Numbered from the stretch's first letter, positions 40,526 to 51,708 are shown. The stretch: DNA of 64,000 nt from Microcoleus sp. (GCA_042408215.1 JAYFMW010000026.1:128001-192000); one strand, 5' to 3'. Program-made: numbers and translations. The notes: generated from the letters alone by a model not told the origin.

Positions 40526-40609
40526 AAAACTTGCCAAAAATGCCAGATTATGAAATAATCTAGAATATTGCAATGTCCAACTACAGCGACCTACAAAAAT
40601 AAAAATATA

Positions 40610-42694
40610 ATGGATAGATTCAGAGTAGAAGTTATTTCTCAAACACCAAATCCTCAGCAAGTAATTTATGCTGCCCTCCATCAAGACTATACTGAGAATT
40701 TCGTATTTGACGAGCGCGATTCCTGGCCCTCAGACGAAGAATGCGGCGAAATAATTGTGAAGCGGCTCTTAGCGGGCGATCGCGGGCATTACGGCCCCTT
40801 AGAGCACCCCCAAATTATCTTTAATTGCGGCTACTTTCCCCACAGTGTCATGCAGCAAGCCAGAACACATCGTGTAGGAGTATCATTTGATGTGCAATGT
40901 CTTGCTGCTGATACCGCAATCACTTTTGTTGATTGCGAGGGAAGTGCTGGCAAGAAAAATTTGAGCAAAACAATTGGAGAACTGTATGACCTTTGGACGA
41001 ATGGGGAAAAAGCGATTCGTTCTCGGTCTATTCGAGGTCGAAATGGTGAACCGCCAGGCGAATATCGTCGTGACTGCAAGCAAAGAATCCGTAAAATGCG
41101 CTTGCGAGTTTTAAATGAAGAAACTGGCTTGTTTGAAGTGGGTCATATCAAAGATGTCATGTGTAGCGGTATTCAACCCGTTTATAAAGTTACATTGGAG
41201 GATGGCAAGACTTTAGAGTGTACTACCAATCACCGTTTATTCACCGCAAACGGTTGGCAAACCATGAAAGATGCGGTTGGATTGACAACCAACGCAGATG
41301 GCAAAGTCGTTAGCATAGCCAAAAACTCCTATGTGATGTGCAATGGTTTATCAGTAACGGACGATCGGCTTTACACAGACAAATCATGGCTAGAAGCCCA
41401 AATCGCCAAAGGATTAACTATCAAAGAAATTGCTGGTTTATCGGCTTGCTCTATTGCTACGGTTAAAGTATGGATTAATAAGTTTGAGTTGTCTTTAAGA
41501 TGCTCAATTCCAGGTCATCTTAACAATCACAAACCTGGGAATTACGATCCTAATGCCCTCTATCGCAACAAGGCTTGGCTGGTAGAGCAACTTAATCAAG
41601 GACTGCACGCCGATGAAATAGCGACTTTAGCTAACTGTTCAATTGAGGCGGTCAAAAAATGGGTCTATGCTTATGGATTGTCTCTAAATAAGCGAAAACC
41701 TGGAAGAGATGAACCTTGGAATAAAGGCAAAGGAGGTTATCAACTTAACCTCTCTGAAGAAAGCCACCAGAGACGACTGGAAAATGCAAAAATTTACACG
41801 CGAAGAGGCGCTGAGTCTAATTTTTGGAAAGGTGGTACTTCTACGGAGCGAGAATTAATTGGCACTTGGACGCGGCAAATTGCGCCCCAAGTCCATAAAA
41901 AGTTTGATTGTATTTGCCAGAAATGTGCTGTCAGAGGTGGTTCTCTTCACGCCCATCACTTAATACCAGTTTTTGCAGATCTATCTCTTGCTTATGATTT
42001 TGATAATCTAGTGACTTTATGCAAAGACTGTCACGAATATATTCATCAAAACAACTTAGAGCTTGAATTTGCTCGAGCTTATTCGCCAATATTAGAGCCT
42101 CAAAATTGGCAAGTCAAGCCAAAGCAAACAGGGAGAAAATTACGTGCTCATCCCGTAAAAGTCAAGAGTGTTGAATATGTTGGCGAACAAATGACTTATG
42201 ACCTAGAGGTGGATGGTGAATGGCATAATTTCGTTGCTAATGGTTTAGTAGTACATAATTCCCTGCGCTATACAGGAAATCAATTTTTGGATGCAGCAAC
42301 CGGCAAGAAAGATATAGAAGATATTTTTTACCTGCGTCCAGTAGATTATTATACAGACCGTGAAGGCAAAAAATACTACTATTCTCCCGAACAAAGACAA
42401 AAAGATTTAGAATGGTGTCTAGAAGCCGCTAAACGTTACAAAATAGACTTCGACGGCGGAATGTCCGAAGAACACGCCAGAGGAAAATTACCCTTTGATT
42501 ATCGCCAGCATTTTGTAGTCAGCTTCAACTTAAGGTCTTTCCTACATTTTGCCGACTTGAGAAACAAGAAAAATGCTCAACTAGAAATTCAAAAACTCTG
42601 CGAAATGATGTGGCCTCATTTTGAGAATTGGGCCCCCGCCATTGCTAAGTGGTACACAACAAATCGTCTGGGAAAAGCAAGGCTAGCCCCGTAA
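40610..42694 (+). CDS. thyX: FAD-dependent thymidylate synthase with intein (694-aa precursor, 240-aa spliced product)
   Basis: GHYGPLEH, RTHRVGVSFDVQ|SLRYTG reconstituted across the intein, EHARG, AQLEI. Confidence 0.95.
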   Translation: MDRFRVEVISQTPNPQQVIYAALHQDYTENFVFDERDSWPSDEECGEIIVKRLLAGDRGHYGPLEHPQIIFNCGYFPHSVMQQARTHRVGVSFDVQCLAADTAITFVDCEGSAGKKNLSKTIGELYDLWTNGEKAIRSRSIRGRNGEPPGEYRRDCKQRIRKMRLRVLNEETGLFEVGHIKDVMCSGIQPVYKVTLEDGKTLECTTNHRLFTANGWQTMKDAVGLTTNADGKVVSIAKNSYVMCNGLSVTDDRLYTDKSWLEAQIAKGLTIKEIAGLSACSIATVKVWINKFELSLRCSIPGHLNNHKPGNYDPNALYRNKAWLVEQLNQGLHADEIATLANCSIEAVKKWVYAYGLSLNKRKPGRDEPWNKGKGGYQLNLSEESHQRRLENAKIYTRRGAESNFWKGGTSTERELIGTWTRQIAPQVHKKFDCICQKCAVRGGSLHAHHLIPVFADLSLAYDFDNLVTLCKDCHEYIHQNNLELEFARAYSPILEPQNWQVKPKQTGRKLRAHPVKVKSVEYVGEQMTYDLEVDGEWHNFVANGLVVHNSLRYTGNQFLDAATGKKDIEDIFYLRPVDYYTDREGKKYYYSPEQRQKDLEWCLEAAKRYKIDFDGGMSEEHARGKLPFDYRQHFVVSFNLRSFLHFADLRNKKNAQLEIQKLCEMMWPHFENWAPAIAKWYTTNRLGKARLAP
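40898..42259 (+). mobile_element. 454-aa intein with HNH homing endonuclease
   Basis: Starts CLAADT, block B CTTNHRLFT, ends YDLEV...HNFVANGLVVHN|S; CQKC...HAHH...NLVTLCKDCH..IH. Confidence 0.95.
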
Positions 42695-42843
42695 TAATTG
42701 CGAGCATCGAAATTATTCATCTCCCTCTTCTCCTCCTCTGCGTCCTCTGCGCTCTCTGCGGTTAAATCATTCCGATAAAACTGAAATTGAGAGCACTAAA
42801 AACTTTGCTGTATAAGCATTCTTCCTTCTACTTTCCAAACAAG

Positions 42844-43278
42844 ATGAAATTAAAAATCCTCCAACTCCATGAACTAGCCATAATTCCCAAATACGCCCAT
42901 GAATATGATGCTGGACTCGACTTATTTTCCATAGATGAAATAGAAATTACTCCGGGAGAAAGCCAGTTAATTCATACAGGTATATCAATAGAATTACCTG
43001 AAAAAACAGAGGCTCAAATTCGTCCCCGAAGTGGTTTAGCTCTCAAGCACAAAATCACTGTACTCAATGCACCAGGAACCATAGATGAAGGCTATCGAGG
43101 CGAAATCGGAGTAATCTTAATCAATCACGGTCAAACTTCCTTTAAAGTCACCAAAGGAATGAAAATTGCTCAAATGGTAATAGCGCCAGTAATTCGCGTG
43201 GAAATTGAAGAAGTTAAAATGTTAAGTTCCAGCTCTAGGGGAGATAATGGATTTGGCTCGACAGGAATCTCGCAATAA
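42844..43278 (+). CDS. dut: dUTPase
   Basis: [31 protein letters not shown]; start moved to ATG 42844. Confidence 0.96.
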   Translation: MKLKILQLHELAIIPKYAHEYDAGLDLFSIDEIEITPGESQLIHTGISIELPEKTEAQIRPRSGLALKHKITVLNAPGTIDEGYRGEIGVILINHGQTSFKVTKGMKIAQMVIAPVIRVEIEEVKMLSSSSRGDNGFGSTGISQ

Positions 43279-43329
43279 ATTCCTCGTCTCAATACAGTTC
43301 TAATTCTCAGTTCTAATTCTACATTTTCA

Positions 43330-43887
43330 ATGGAAAATACACCAGACAACTACGAACCCCCTCACAGACCAACTTGGGACGAATACTTTTTAATGTTGGC
43401 AAAATTGGCCGCAACTCGATCGACTTGTCTGGCTTTTCCCGTAGGTGCGGTAATAACTAAAGATCGGCAAATTTTAGCCACGGGTTACAACGGTTCGCCA
43501 TCAGGTTCAGCACACTGTACGACTCAAGGCTTCTGCTATCCTGGTTTGAGTAGTTGCGACGCCAGCAAAACTTTACCTTCGCGGGCGGTTCATGCTGAAG
43601 CAAATGCGATCGCCCAAGCAGCCAAACATGGTATATCTACTGCTGGGGCTAGCATTTACGTCACCTTAGAACCCTGCATCTATTGTTTGAAATTAATCAT
43701 TTCCGCTGGAATTCGGGAAGTGTTTTACGAAACGACTTTTAACAGCGGCGAAAAAGCTGCTTTGAGAGATACTTTTATCAGTGAAGGTATTGTTGAGTTC
43801 AACCAAATTCAGCTATCTGAAGTTACAGCAAAAAAGGCGGCTTTATTTCTGTTGAATCCTACTTCTGTGCCCAAAAAATCAGTGTAG
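43330..43887 (+). CDS. dCMP deaminase (ComEB family)
   Basis: RPTWDEYF, RSTC, TGYNG, HAEANAI, PCIYC. Confidence 0.92.
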   Translation: MENTPDNYEPPHRPTWDEYFLMLAKLAATRSTCLAFPVGAVITKDRQILATGYNGSPSGSAHCTTQGFCYPGLSSCDASKTLPSRAVHAEANAIAQAAKHGISTAGASIYVTLEPCIYCLKLIISAGIREVFYETTFNSGEKAALRDTFISEGIVEFNQIQLSEVTAKKAALFLLNPTSVPKKSV

Positions 43888-43909
43888 GATCAATCCTCCC
43901 CGTGGTTTC

Positions 43910-44455
43910 CGCAGCCAAAGGACACAACAGTGTTGTGTCCCTACAAATGATATTTATTTTACCATTTGTAGGAATATCGCACTGCCATGTTATTACAAAA
44001 AATAGGGATGGCAATTAACAAAAAACGGTGCTTAGCGCAGCCAAAGGACACAACAGTGTTGTGTCCCTACAAATGATATTTATTTGCCATTTGTAGGGAC
44101 ACTCAAGCGTGCCCATTGGTGTCAACTTAAGCCTGAAAGCCCTGAGAAATCTGGTTTTTACCTGAGTCTAGATCCCCCTAAATCCCCCTTGAAGAAGGGG
44201 GACTATGATCGGACTCCTGTCCCCCCCTTCTTAAGTGGGGAGTAGGGGGCAAGAATGCGGGGGGATCTAGATTTAATAGTCAAACAACAGTCTCTGACTG
44301 GGTTTGACCTTAAGTTGACACCTATGGGCACGCTTGAGTGTCCTGAAGCCCGCGTGATACAAATGATATTTATTTTACCATTTGTAAAGACACGGCACTG
44401 CCGTGTCCTTACAACAAATAGAGATGGCAATTAACCAAAAACTGTCCTTACAAAT
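43910..44455. repeat. REP/BIME-like hairpin array interrupted by shell-A MITE (44097-44343)
   Basis: GGACACAACAGTGTTGTGTCC x2, linker TACAAATGATATTTATTT..CCATTTGTA x3; MITE has a 35-bp TIR with one mismatch. Confidence 0.8.
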
Positions 44456-44476
44456 TGTGAATACCGTGTAGTTCGA

Positions 44477-44986
44477 TCAATCAAACTCATTCACAACTTG
44501 CAAATAGTCGATCGCCGCATCTATCCTAGAAGAATACTTAAAAGCAAACTGATCGAACCAAAATCCCTCATCGGAATTCTTATTTAAATTCTTCAGCCAA
44601 ACTTGAGCTTGTCTCACTTTCTCTCGGTGCGTTTGTACGTGGGACTGTTTCTGTACAACTTTTTCGGCTGGTGGCTGTTCCTGTTTAGCAAGCTCTTGAG
44701 CTTTATTTTGTGCTTCGTACTCAGCCTTAAGCTGTTCCTGTTTAGCAACTTCCTGAACTTGATCTTGTGCTTCGTACTCAGCCTTAATTTGAGCTAAATC
44801 ACTGTCAAAAGTACCATAATCCAAAGTTTCACCGACAGTTTTAATTGTTTGACTTGAGGGGAACCATACTTGTTGGCCCGACGGTTCTGCTTTCACTGTC
44901 GGCTGGCTTTTCAACTGGGCAGATTTTTTTTGAGATTCTTGATATTCAGCCCTAAGTTCAGCTAACAAACGATCGATCGATTCCAT
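44477..44986 (-). CDS. Slr1339-family (salt stress) coiled-coil protein
   Basis: MESIDRLLAELRAEY...AQVWLKNL..SDEGFWFDQFA..Y.SR..AAIDYL; start moved to ATG 44986. Confidence 0.7.
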   Translation of the reverse strand: MESIDRLLAELRAEYQESQKKSAQLKSQPTVKAEPSGQQVWFPSSQTIKTVGETLDYGTFDSDLAQIKAEYEAQDQVQEVAKQEQLKAEYEAQNKAQELAKQEQPPAEKVVQKQSHVQTHREKVRQAQVWLKNLNKNSDEGFWFDQFAFKYSSRIDAAIDYLQVVNEFD

Positions 44987-45060
44987 AACTTCACCCCCCC
45001 TAAATAATGCTTCTGGGCTAGCGGGCACAAATACAGTCCCATTGAACTTCACCCCCCTAC

Positions 45061-45666
45061 TCAATCAGTTATTGCATTCAACAATACTTCCGTCAGGGTC
45101 ATTCCTTCCATATCGTCGATCGTTACAGTATCAACGATATCAAATTTAGCCCCGGCGCTTTGCAGTTCGTCATCCAATATCTTGAGAAACTTGGTAGCTT
45201 CCGGCGCATTTCCTACTTGAATGAAAGAAATCGCCAACTCTTCATCTCGATCGAGCTGACGCGAAGCCTCTATAATCGTTTTCATCACTTCTTTGCGATC
45301 GTCCGGTTCTCCGTCAGTCACCACTAATATTGTTTCCCCATTTTGCTTCGTCTGACTGGATTTTTTTCGCTGAAAATAACTGTTCAGAGCATCTTGCAAA
45401 ACGGCCGCCAAATTCGTAGTGCCCGAAGGTTCATTTTCAGAGAAAATTTGCACGACTTTAGCTGCTGTTACATTGTCGTACCGTTTGAAGCGACCGGAAA
45501 ATAGATAAACTGTTATGCCGTCAGGATCGAGTTCTTCGCATTTATAGGCTAGTGCGATCGTCGATTCTTGCATAAGAGCCCACCGACTTTTACCGCCCAT
45601 CTGGTCCTTCGTGTACATACTGCCACTTTTGTCAATGATGATGGTATAATCGCGGTTCTGAAGCAT
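45061..45666 (-). CDS. von Willebrand factor A domain protein
   Basis: MIDAS motif IDKSGSM, GTT, VVTDGEP. Confidence 0.9.
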   Translation of the reverse strand: MLQNRDYTIIIDKSGSMYTKDQMGGKSRWALMQESTIALAYKCEELDPDGITVYLFSGRFKRYDNVTAAKVVQIFSENEPSGTTNLAAVLQDALNSYFQRKKSSQTKQNGETILVVTDGEPDDRKEVMKTIIEASRQLDRDEELAISFIQVGNAPEATKFLKILDDELQSAGAKFDIVDTVTIDDMEGMTLTEVLLNAITD

Positions 45667-45784
45667 AAAATTTTTCCTGTTAACTAAGTCTTTCCAAACA
45701 AGAACAAAACCAGCGAGCAGAAGCTGTTGAGCCTGAGTTGCTCGCTGCGTTTTTCAGTTGATTTGCGATCGAACTAAGCCGAAT

Positions 45785-46261
45785 TTAAGCCGCAACTAAA
45801 GCATCCTTAAGTGGCTTCCAGCTAAAAACTCGATCGCCCCCCATCTCTACTGCTATTTTAACTCGCGGTTCCAGAGTCGGCAAAACAGTCAAATATTCAA
45901 CTTCCTGACTCGACAAAATCTGCCCTTCAATAATCCAAAGCACCAATCCTTTTGCTTTTGGCGGCAAATTATCTAATTGAGTCTTCAACATCGGCGGCAC
46001 GTAATATGTATAACCCACAGCCGCCTCATTGCCAATAGTTTTCTTGCCCAAATGCGGCGGCCGCACCCCGTGAACCCCCGTCAAATACATCGCCAAATCG
46101 CCCAAACCCCGGGCCGTAATGTTGTACGCACCGTAGCCCGCAGCCCTCAGCCGGCGCAGGTAGCGCCCCTCAAATCCTCCCTCCAAGGGAACGTACAGGG
46201 CCAGAGACCCCGACTTTTCCAAATCCCGAATCATGTCCGAGCCTGTCGTAATCAATCCCAT
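45785..46261 (-). CDS. ndhN: NDH-1 subunit N
   Basis: PLEGGFEGRY.RRLR, GLGDL..YL..VHGVRPPHLGK. Confidence 0.96.
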   Translation of the reverse strand: MGLITTGSDMIRDLEKSGSLALYVPLEGGFEGRYLRRLRAAGYGAYNITARGLGDLAMYLTGVHGVRPPHLGKKTIGNEAAVGYTYYVPPMLKTQLDNLPPKAKGLVLWIIEGQILSSQEVEYLTVLPTLEPRVKIAVEMGGDRVFSWKPLKDALVAA

Positions 46262-46362
46262 AAATTTGTGTTCCCTGCTGTATCAAATTTGGTCGATCGC
46301 CCAAGTGCGAGCTCAAATTATTATAAATCTTTAAGCTGAGTCAAAAAAATCCGATCGAGGCC

Positions 46363-46392
46363 TTGACAAATTGCCAACACATCATCTACTGT
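46363..46392 (+). promoter_or_regulatory. Candidate promoter of the r-protein superoperon
   Basis: TTGACA-18 nt-TACTGT, about 300 nt upstream of rplC. Confidence 0.55.
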
Positions 46393-46692
46393 TAGAGATC
46401 GTTGCCGTAAAGGATACTGAGTGGCTTGCTACTCAAGTCCAGGCACAAAAAAGCAAGATCGAAATAAATCTCGGAGACACAACAGCTAGAAGCCTGTGAA
46501 TCTCAAAACTTGCAAGACTTCCACAAGCTCGCTCCCAAATTTAAAATTCTAATTTTAAACACCGAGTCAGGCTGTTGGTTGATAACAGTTAATTGCGGAA
46601 GCATTGAAATAAATGTTTCTGCACAAGAGCAAGCGGATTGACGTAAACTTCGCAATCCGAAACCTCTTGCGTAAATAAAAGGAAAAAAATCC

Positions 46693-47328
46693 GTGTCTGT
46701 AGGCATTCTTGGCACAAAACTAGGCATGACTCAAGTGTTTGACGAGCAAGGGAGAGCAATCCCCGTCACCGTCATACAAGCAGGGCCTTGTACAGTAACT
46801 CAAATTAAAACAAAACCAACTGACGGCTACAGTGCCGTTCAAATTGGATACGGCGATGTCAAGCCGAAGGCTCTCAACAAGCCAGAATTGGGACACCTCG
46901 GCAAGTCGGGGGCGACTCCATTGCGCCACTTGCAGGAATACCGCTTGGAAGACACCAGTGCTTTTGAATTAGGTCAACAACTAAATGCCGATTCTTTTGC
47001 AGCCGGACAAATAGTAGATGTGATCGGTACGAGCATCGGTAAAGGCTTTGCAGGCTTTCAAAAGCGCCACAACTTCAAACGAGGCCCGATGTCTCACGGT
47101 TCCAAGAACCACCGCGAACCCGGATCGATCGGACCTGGAACCACCCCCGGCCGCGTCTATCCAGGCAAAAAAATGGCTGGAAGAATGGGCAACGTTCAAG
47201 TAACCGTCCGCAAGCTAACAATTGTGCGGGTGGATACAGAGCGGAATTTGCTGCTGATTAAAGGAGCAGTTCCCGGTAAAGCAGGAGCCTTGGTCAATGT
47301 TGTGCCTGAGAAAAAAGTTGGGCGGTAG
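46693..47328 (+). CDS. rplC: 50S ribosomal protein L3
   Basis: [20 protein letters not shown] start. Confidence 0.98.
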   Translation: MSVGILGTKLGMTQVFDEQGRAIPVTVIQAGPCTVTQIKTKPTDGYSAVQIGYGDVKPKALNKPELGHLGKSGATPLRHLQEYRLEDTSAFELGQQLNADSFAAGQIVDVIGTSIGKGFAGFQKRHNFKRGPMSHGSKNHREPGSIGPGTTPGRVYPGKKMAGRMGNVQVTVRKLTIVRVDTERNLLLIKGAVPGKAGALVNVVPEKKVGR

Positions 47329-47523
47329 TCAGCAGTCATTAGTCAGCAGTCATTAGTCATTAGTCATTAGTCATTAGATATTGCTGGGCATTGATTTAGT
47401 AATAACTAAGAGCTGAGAACTAAGAGCTGAGAACTAACAACTAACAACTAACAACTGACAACAGACGTACCGCCAACAGACAACTAATAACAGACAACTA
47501 ACAACAGACAAAGGACAAAAGAT

Positions 47524-48156
47524 ATGGTTAACTGTGTAGTGCGAAATTGGCAAGGCGAAGAAGTTGGGGAAACAACTTTAGAATTGCGCGTAGCCAAACA
47601 AGAAAATGCCTCTCACATCGTTCACAGAGCATTGACGCGACAATTGAATAACGCTCGTCAAGGAAATGCTTGCACCAAAACTCGATCGGAAGTTAGAGGC
47701 GGTGGCCGCAAACCTTGGCGTCAAAAAGGAACTGGCCGAGCCAGAGCAGGTTCTATCCGTTCTCCCCTGTGGCGTGGTGGCGGTGTGATCTTCGGGCCGA
47801 AACCGAGAGACTTTGAAGTCAAAATGAACAAAAGAGAACGCCGTCTCGCTTTGCGGACAGCATTCTACAGCCGTACAGAAGACTTGATTGTGGTGGAAGA
47901 ATTTGCAGAGCAATTTCCGAGACCGAAAACCAAAGAATTGCTGAGTGCGATCGCCCGCTGGGGAATCGAACCAGATACAAAAGTTCTGTTAATCTTGCCA
48001 GAACCGCAACTAAACGTCTACTTGTCTGGACGCAACATCGAATTGATGAACGTCATCTTGGCAACTTCCCTGAATGTTTATGACGTTCTTGCGGCTGACA
48101 AAATTATCGTCACATCGACAGCCATAGCAAAAATTCAGGAGATTTACGGTGAGTAA
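47524..48156 (+). CDS. rplD: 50S ribosomal protein L4
   Basis: [15 protein letters not shown]. Confidence 0.98.
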   Translation: MVNCVVRNWQGEEVGETTLELRVAKQENASHIVHRALTRQLNNARQGNACTKTRSEVRGGGRKPWRQKGTGRARAGSIRSPLWRGGGVIFGPKPRDFEVKMNKRERRLALRTAFYSRTEDLIVVEEFAEQFPRPKTKELLSAIARWGIEPDTKVLLILPEPQLNVYLSGRNIELMNVILATSLNVYDVLAADKIIVTSTAIAKIQEIYGE

Positions 48157-48457
48157 AATCGATCCCCGCGACTACGCAGATTTGATCCAGCGTCCTATTC
48201 TCACCGAGAAAGCTACCCGGATGATGGAATTAAATCAATTCACATTCGACGTAGCCCCCAAAGCGACAAAACCTCAAATTAAAGCTGCAATCGAAGAACT
48301 GTTTAAGGTTAAAGTCACCGCAGTCAACACCCAAAACCCGCCGCGCAAAAAGCGTCGAGTTGGCAAATTCGTCGGTTTTAAACCTTGTTACAAGCGAGCC
48401 ACCGTAACTCTGAGCGACGGAGACTCAATCCGCAAACTCCTATTCCCAGAAGTTTAA
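48149..48457 (+). CDS. rplW: 50S ribosomal protein L23
   Basis: [17 protein letters not shown]; operon position. Confidence 0.97.
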   Translation: MSKIDPRDYADLIQRPILTEKATRMMELNQFTFDVAPKATKPQIKAAIEELFKVKVTAVNTQNPPRKKRRVGKFVGFKPCYKRATVTLSDGDSIRKLLFPEV

Positions 48458-48624
48458 AATTTAGGAATAGGTAATAGGTAATGGGTAATCGGTCATCGGT
48501 AATGGGTAATAAACAAGGATGAAGGATGAATTCGGACTTCACAAATTCTAATTACTAATTACCAATTACCAATTACCAACTACCAATTACCAATTACCAA
48601 TTACCAATTACCGATTATCAAATT

Positions 48625-49488
48625 ATGGGCATCCGTTCTTACCGACCTTATACCTCCAGCACCCGCGAACACACCGTCTCGGACTTCGCTGAAGTTACCC
48701 GCTCAGAACCCGAAAAGTCTCTAACCAGTAATAAGCACACTAAACAAGGCCGCAACAACCGAGGCGTCATCACCTGTCGTCACCGGGGAGGCGGTCACAA
48801 ACGCCTTTATAGAGACATCGACTTCCGCCGCGACAAACATAGCATTCCCGCTACCGTCAAGGCGATCGAATATGACCCCAACCGCAACGCCCGCATCGCC
48901 CTCCTGTTCTACAAAGACGGCGAAAAACGGTACATCCTTCATCCACTGAACTTAGCCGTCGGTACAGTGATTGTCTCAGGCCCAGACGCGCCGATCGAAA
49001 TCGGCAACGCCCTACCCCTGAGCAACATCCCCCTAGGTACTGCTATCCATAACGTCGAGCTAGTACCAGGTAAAGGCGGACAAATCGTCCGTTCCGCCGG
49101 CTCCAGCGCTCAGCTAATGGCAAAAGAAGGTAGCTACGTTACCCTCAAACTGCCCTCCGGCGAACAGCGCAAAGTCCGCGCCGACTGCTACGCCACCATC
49201 GGTCAAGTCGGCAACATAGACGCCAGAAACATCAGCCTCGGTAAAGCCGGCCGCACCCGTTGGAAAGGCCGCCGCCCAACCGTCCGTGGCTCGGTAATGA
49301 ACCCGGTAGACCACCCGCACGGCGGTGGCGAAGGCCGAGCTCCCATCGGGCGTTCAGGGCCTGTCACACCTTGGGGTAAACCAGCATTGGGTGCAAAAAC
49401 CCGACGCAAGAACAAGCGCAGCGACTCTTTGATTGTCCGCCGTCGCCGCAAATCTTCCAAGCGCGGTAAGGGCGGCAGACAAAGTTAG
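48625..49488 (+). CDS. rplB: 50S ribosomal protein L2
   Basis: [21 protein letters not shown]. Confidence 0.99.
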   Translation: MGIRSYRPYTSSTREHTVSDFAEVTRSEPEKSLTSNKHTKQGRNNRGVITCRHRGGGHKRLYRDIDFRRDKHSIPATVKAIEYDPNRNARIALLFYKDGEKRYILHPLNLAVGTVIVSGPDAPIEIGNALPLSNIPLGTAIHNVELVPGKGGQIVRSAGSSAQLMAKEGSYVTLKLPSGEQRKVRADCYATIGQVGNIDARNISLGKAGRTRWKGRRPTVRGSVMNPVDHPHGGGEGRAPIGRSGPVTPWGKPALGAKTRRKNKRSDSLIVRRRRKSSKRGKGGRQS

Positions 49489-49588
49489 TCATTAGTCATT
49501 AGTCATTAGTCATTAGTTTGTATTTTTTGACTAATGACAACTGGTAACTGACAACTGACAACTGACAACTGAACTCATTGGAAAAATC

Positions 49589-49870
49589 ATGTCTCGTTCA
49601 TTAAAAAAAGGCCCGTTTGTCGCAGACCACCTGATGACAAAAATCGAAAAACTCAACGCCGCTGGCCAAAAGCAACTAATTAAAACTTGGTCGCGAGCAT
49701 CCACAATCCTGCCCCAAATGGTAGGACACACGATCGCAGTTCACAACGGCAGACAGCACGTTCCCGTTTACCTCACCGACCAAATGGTAGGTCACAAACT
49801 AGGAGAATTTTCTCCGACTCGCACCTTTAGAGGTCACGCTAAAAGTGGTGATAAAAAGGCAAAAAGATAA
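49589..49870 (+). CDS. rpsS: 30S ribosomal protein S19
   Basis: [17 protein letters not shown]. Confidence 0.99.
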   Translation: MSRSLKKGPFVADHLMTKIEKLNAAGQKQLIKTWSRASTILPQMVGHTIAVHNGRQHVPVYLTDQMVGHKLGEFSPTRTFRGHAKSGDKKAKR

Positions 49871-49981
49871 AAGTCATTAGTCATTAGTCATTAGTCATTA
49901 GTCATTCAGCTTAGTGACTAAGAACTAAAGACTAATGCCTGGAGACAGAAGACTAATGACTGAGGAAAAAGGACTAATCTC

Positions 49982-50341
49982 ATGGCTATAGATACCACAT
50001 CCGAAATTAAGGCGATCGCCCGTTACATACGGACATCCCCCTTCAAAGTGCGCCGAGTTCTCGACCAAATTCGCGGCAAAAGCTATCAAGAAGCGCTGAT
50101 TTTACTCGAATTCATGCCCTACCGCGCCTGCGAGCCGATCGTCAAAGTTTTGCGCTCCGCAGTAGCCAACGCCGAACACAACGCAGGATTGGACAAATCC
50201 AAGCTAGTAGTGTCTCAAGCTTACGCAGACCAAGGCCCAGTCCTCAAACGCTTTAGACCCCGCGCTCAAGGTCGCGCCTATCAAATTCGCAAGCCCACCT
50301 GTCACATCACTGTGGTAGTAGCTCCGATCGCCGAAAAGTAA
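49982..50341 (+). CDS. rplV: 50S ribosomal protein L22
   Basis: [19 protein letters not shown]. Confidence 0.98.
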   Translation: MAIDTTSEIKAIARYIRTSPFKVRRVLDQIRGKSYQEALILLEFMPYRACEPIVKVLRSAVANAEHNAGLDKSKLVVSQAYADQGPVLKRFRPRAQGRAYQIRKPTCHITVVVAPIAEK

Positions 50342-50440
50342 ACAAGAGCACAGGTAATAGGTAACAAACTCCTAAAAGTTGATTACACAGGTAAATCCAA
50401 TTACCAATTACCAACTACCAACTACCAAAGAGCAACTTTT

Positions 50441-51169
50441 ATGGGACAAAAAATACATCCAATTGGTTTTCGCCTCGGCATCACCCAAGAGCACCGCTCC
50501 CGCTGGTTTGCCGACGCGAGAAACTATCCCGAACTCTTGCAAGAAGACTATAAAATTCGCAAGTACGTCCGCAAAACCCTCAGCAATGCAGGCATCTCCT
50601 CGGTCAAAATTGAGCGGAAAGCCGATCAAATCGACCTAGAAGTGTTAACCGCTAGACCGGGCGTTGTCGTAGGCCGCGGCGGAGCAGGCATCGAAACCTT
50701 GCGAGTTGGCTTGCAACAGCAACTCGGTAGCAACCGCCAAATCCGCATCAACGTCGTCGAAGTTCAGCGAGTAGACGCCGATGCCACCCTGATCGCGGAA
50801 TACATCGCTCAGCAACTAGAACGGCGCGTATCCTTCCGCCGAGTAGTCCGCCAAGCCATCACCCGCGCCCAAAAAGTAGGCATCCAAGGCATCAAAATTC
50901 AAGTCAGCGGACGCCTCAACGGTGCAGAAATCGCCCGTACCGAATGGACACGCGAAGGCAGAGTCCCCTTGCATACATTGCGGGCAGACATTGACTACTC
51001 CTACTGCACCGCTCAAACCATCTACGGCATCCTGGGGATTAAAGTTTGGGTTTTCAAAGGCGAAATTATTCCCGGACAGGAACAGGAGGCTGCACCAAAT
51101 GCAGCAGTGCCTCGCACCAAACAAAAGCGCCGTCGCCAGCAATTTGAAGATCGATCGAACGAAGGCTAA
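50441..51169 (+). CDS. rpsC: 30S ribosomal protein S3
   Basis: [27 protein letters not shown]. Confidence 0.99.
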   Translation: MGQKIHPIGFRLGITQEHRSRWFADARNYPELLQEDYKIRKYVRKTLSNAGISSVKIERKADQIDLEVLTARPGVVVGRGGAGIETLRVGLQQQLGSNRQIRINVVEVQRVDADATLIAEYIAQQLERRVSFRRVVRQAITRAQKVGIQGIKIQVSGRLNGAEIARTEWTREGRVPLHTLRADIDYSYCTAQTIYGILGIKVWVFKGEIIPGQEQEAAPNAAVPRTKQKRRRQQFEDRSNEG

Positions 51170-51278
51170 CAGTTAATTGTTAGTTGTTAGCTGTTAATTG
51201 TCAATTGTTCCAAACCAATTACCAATTACCAATTACCAATTACCAATTACCAATTACCAATTACCAACTTCCCCAGCC

Positions 51279-51698
51279 ATGTTAAGCCCTAAAAGAACAA
51301 AATTCCGCAAACAACAGCGCGGGCGAATGAGCGGTATTGCCACCCGCGGCAACACAGTTAGCTTTGGTGACTTCGCCCTCCAAGCCATCGAACCCGCCTG
51401 GATTACTTCTCGCCAAATAGAAGCCGGACGGCGCGCCATGACCCGCTATATCCGCCGGGGCGGCAAAATCTGGATTCGGATTTTTCCCGACAAACCAGTC
51501 ACCCAGCGCGCAGCAGAAACCCGGATGGGTTCCGGTAAAGGCTCACCTGAGTTTTGGGTGGCTGTCGTCAAACCGGGCCGGGTAATGTTTGAAATTGGCG
51601 GCGTTACCGAAGAAACCGCTCGCGAAGCAATGCGTTTGGCCTCCTTTAAATTGCCAATTAAAACCAAGTTCATCTCCCGCGAAGAAGACCAATCATAA
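51279..51698 (+). CDS. rplP: 50S ribosomal protein L16
   Basis: [18 protein letters not shown]; start moved to 51279. Confidence 0.98.
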   Translation: MLSPKRTKFRKQQRGRMSGIATRGNTVSFGDFALQAIEPAWITSRQIEAGRRAMTRYIRRGGKIWIRIFPDKPVTQRAAETRMGSGKGSPEFWVAVVKPGRVMFEIGGVTEETAREAMRLASFKLPIKTKFISREEDQS

Positions 51699-51708
51699 GG
51701 ACACAATT

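Noticed and set aside
39176..45666. HD + Uma2 + thyX/dut/deaminase + vWA as an anti-phage defence island
   Set aside because: Mixed orientations, housekeeping explanations suffice, and no hallmark defence genes or integrase are present
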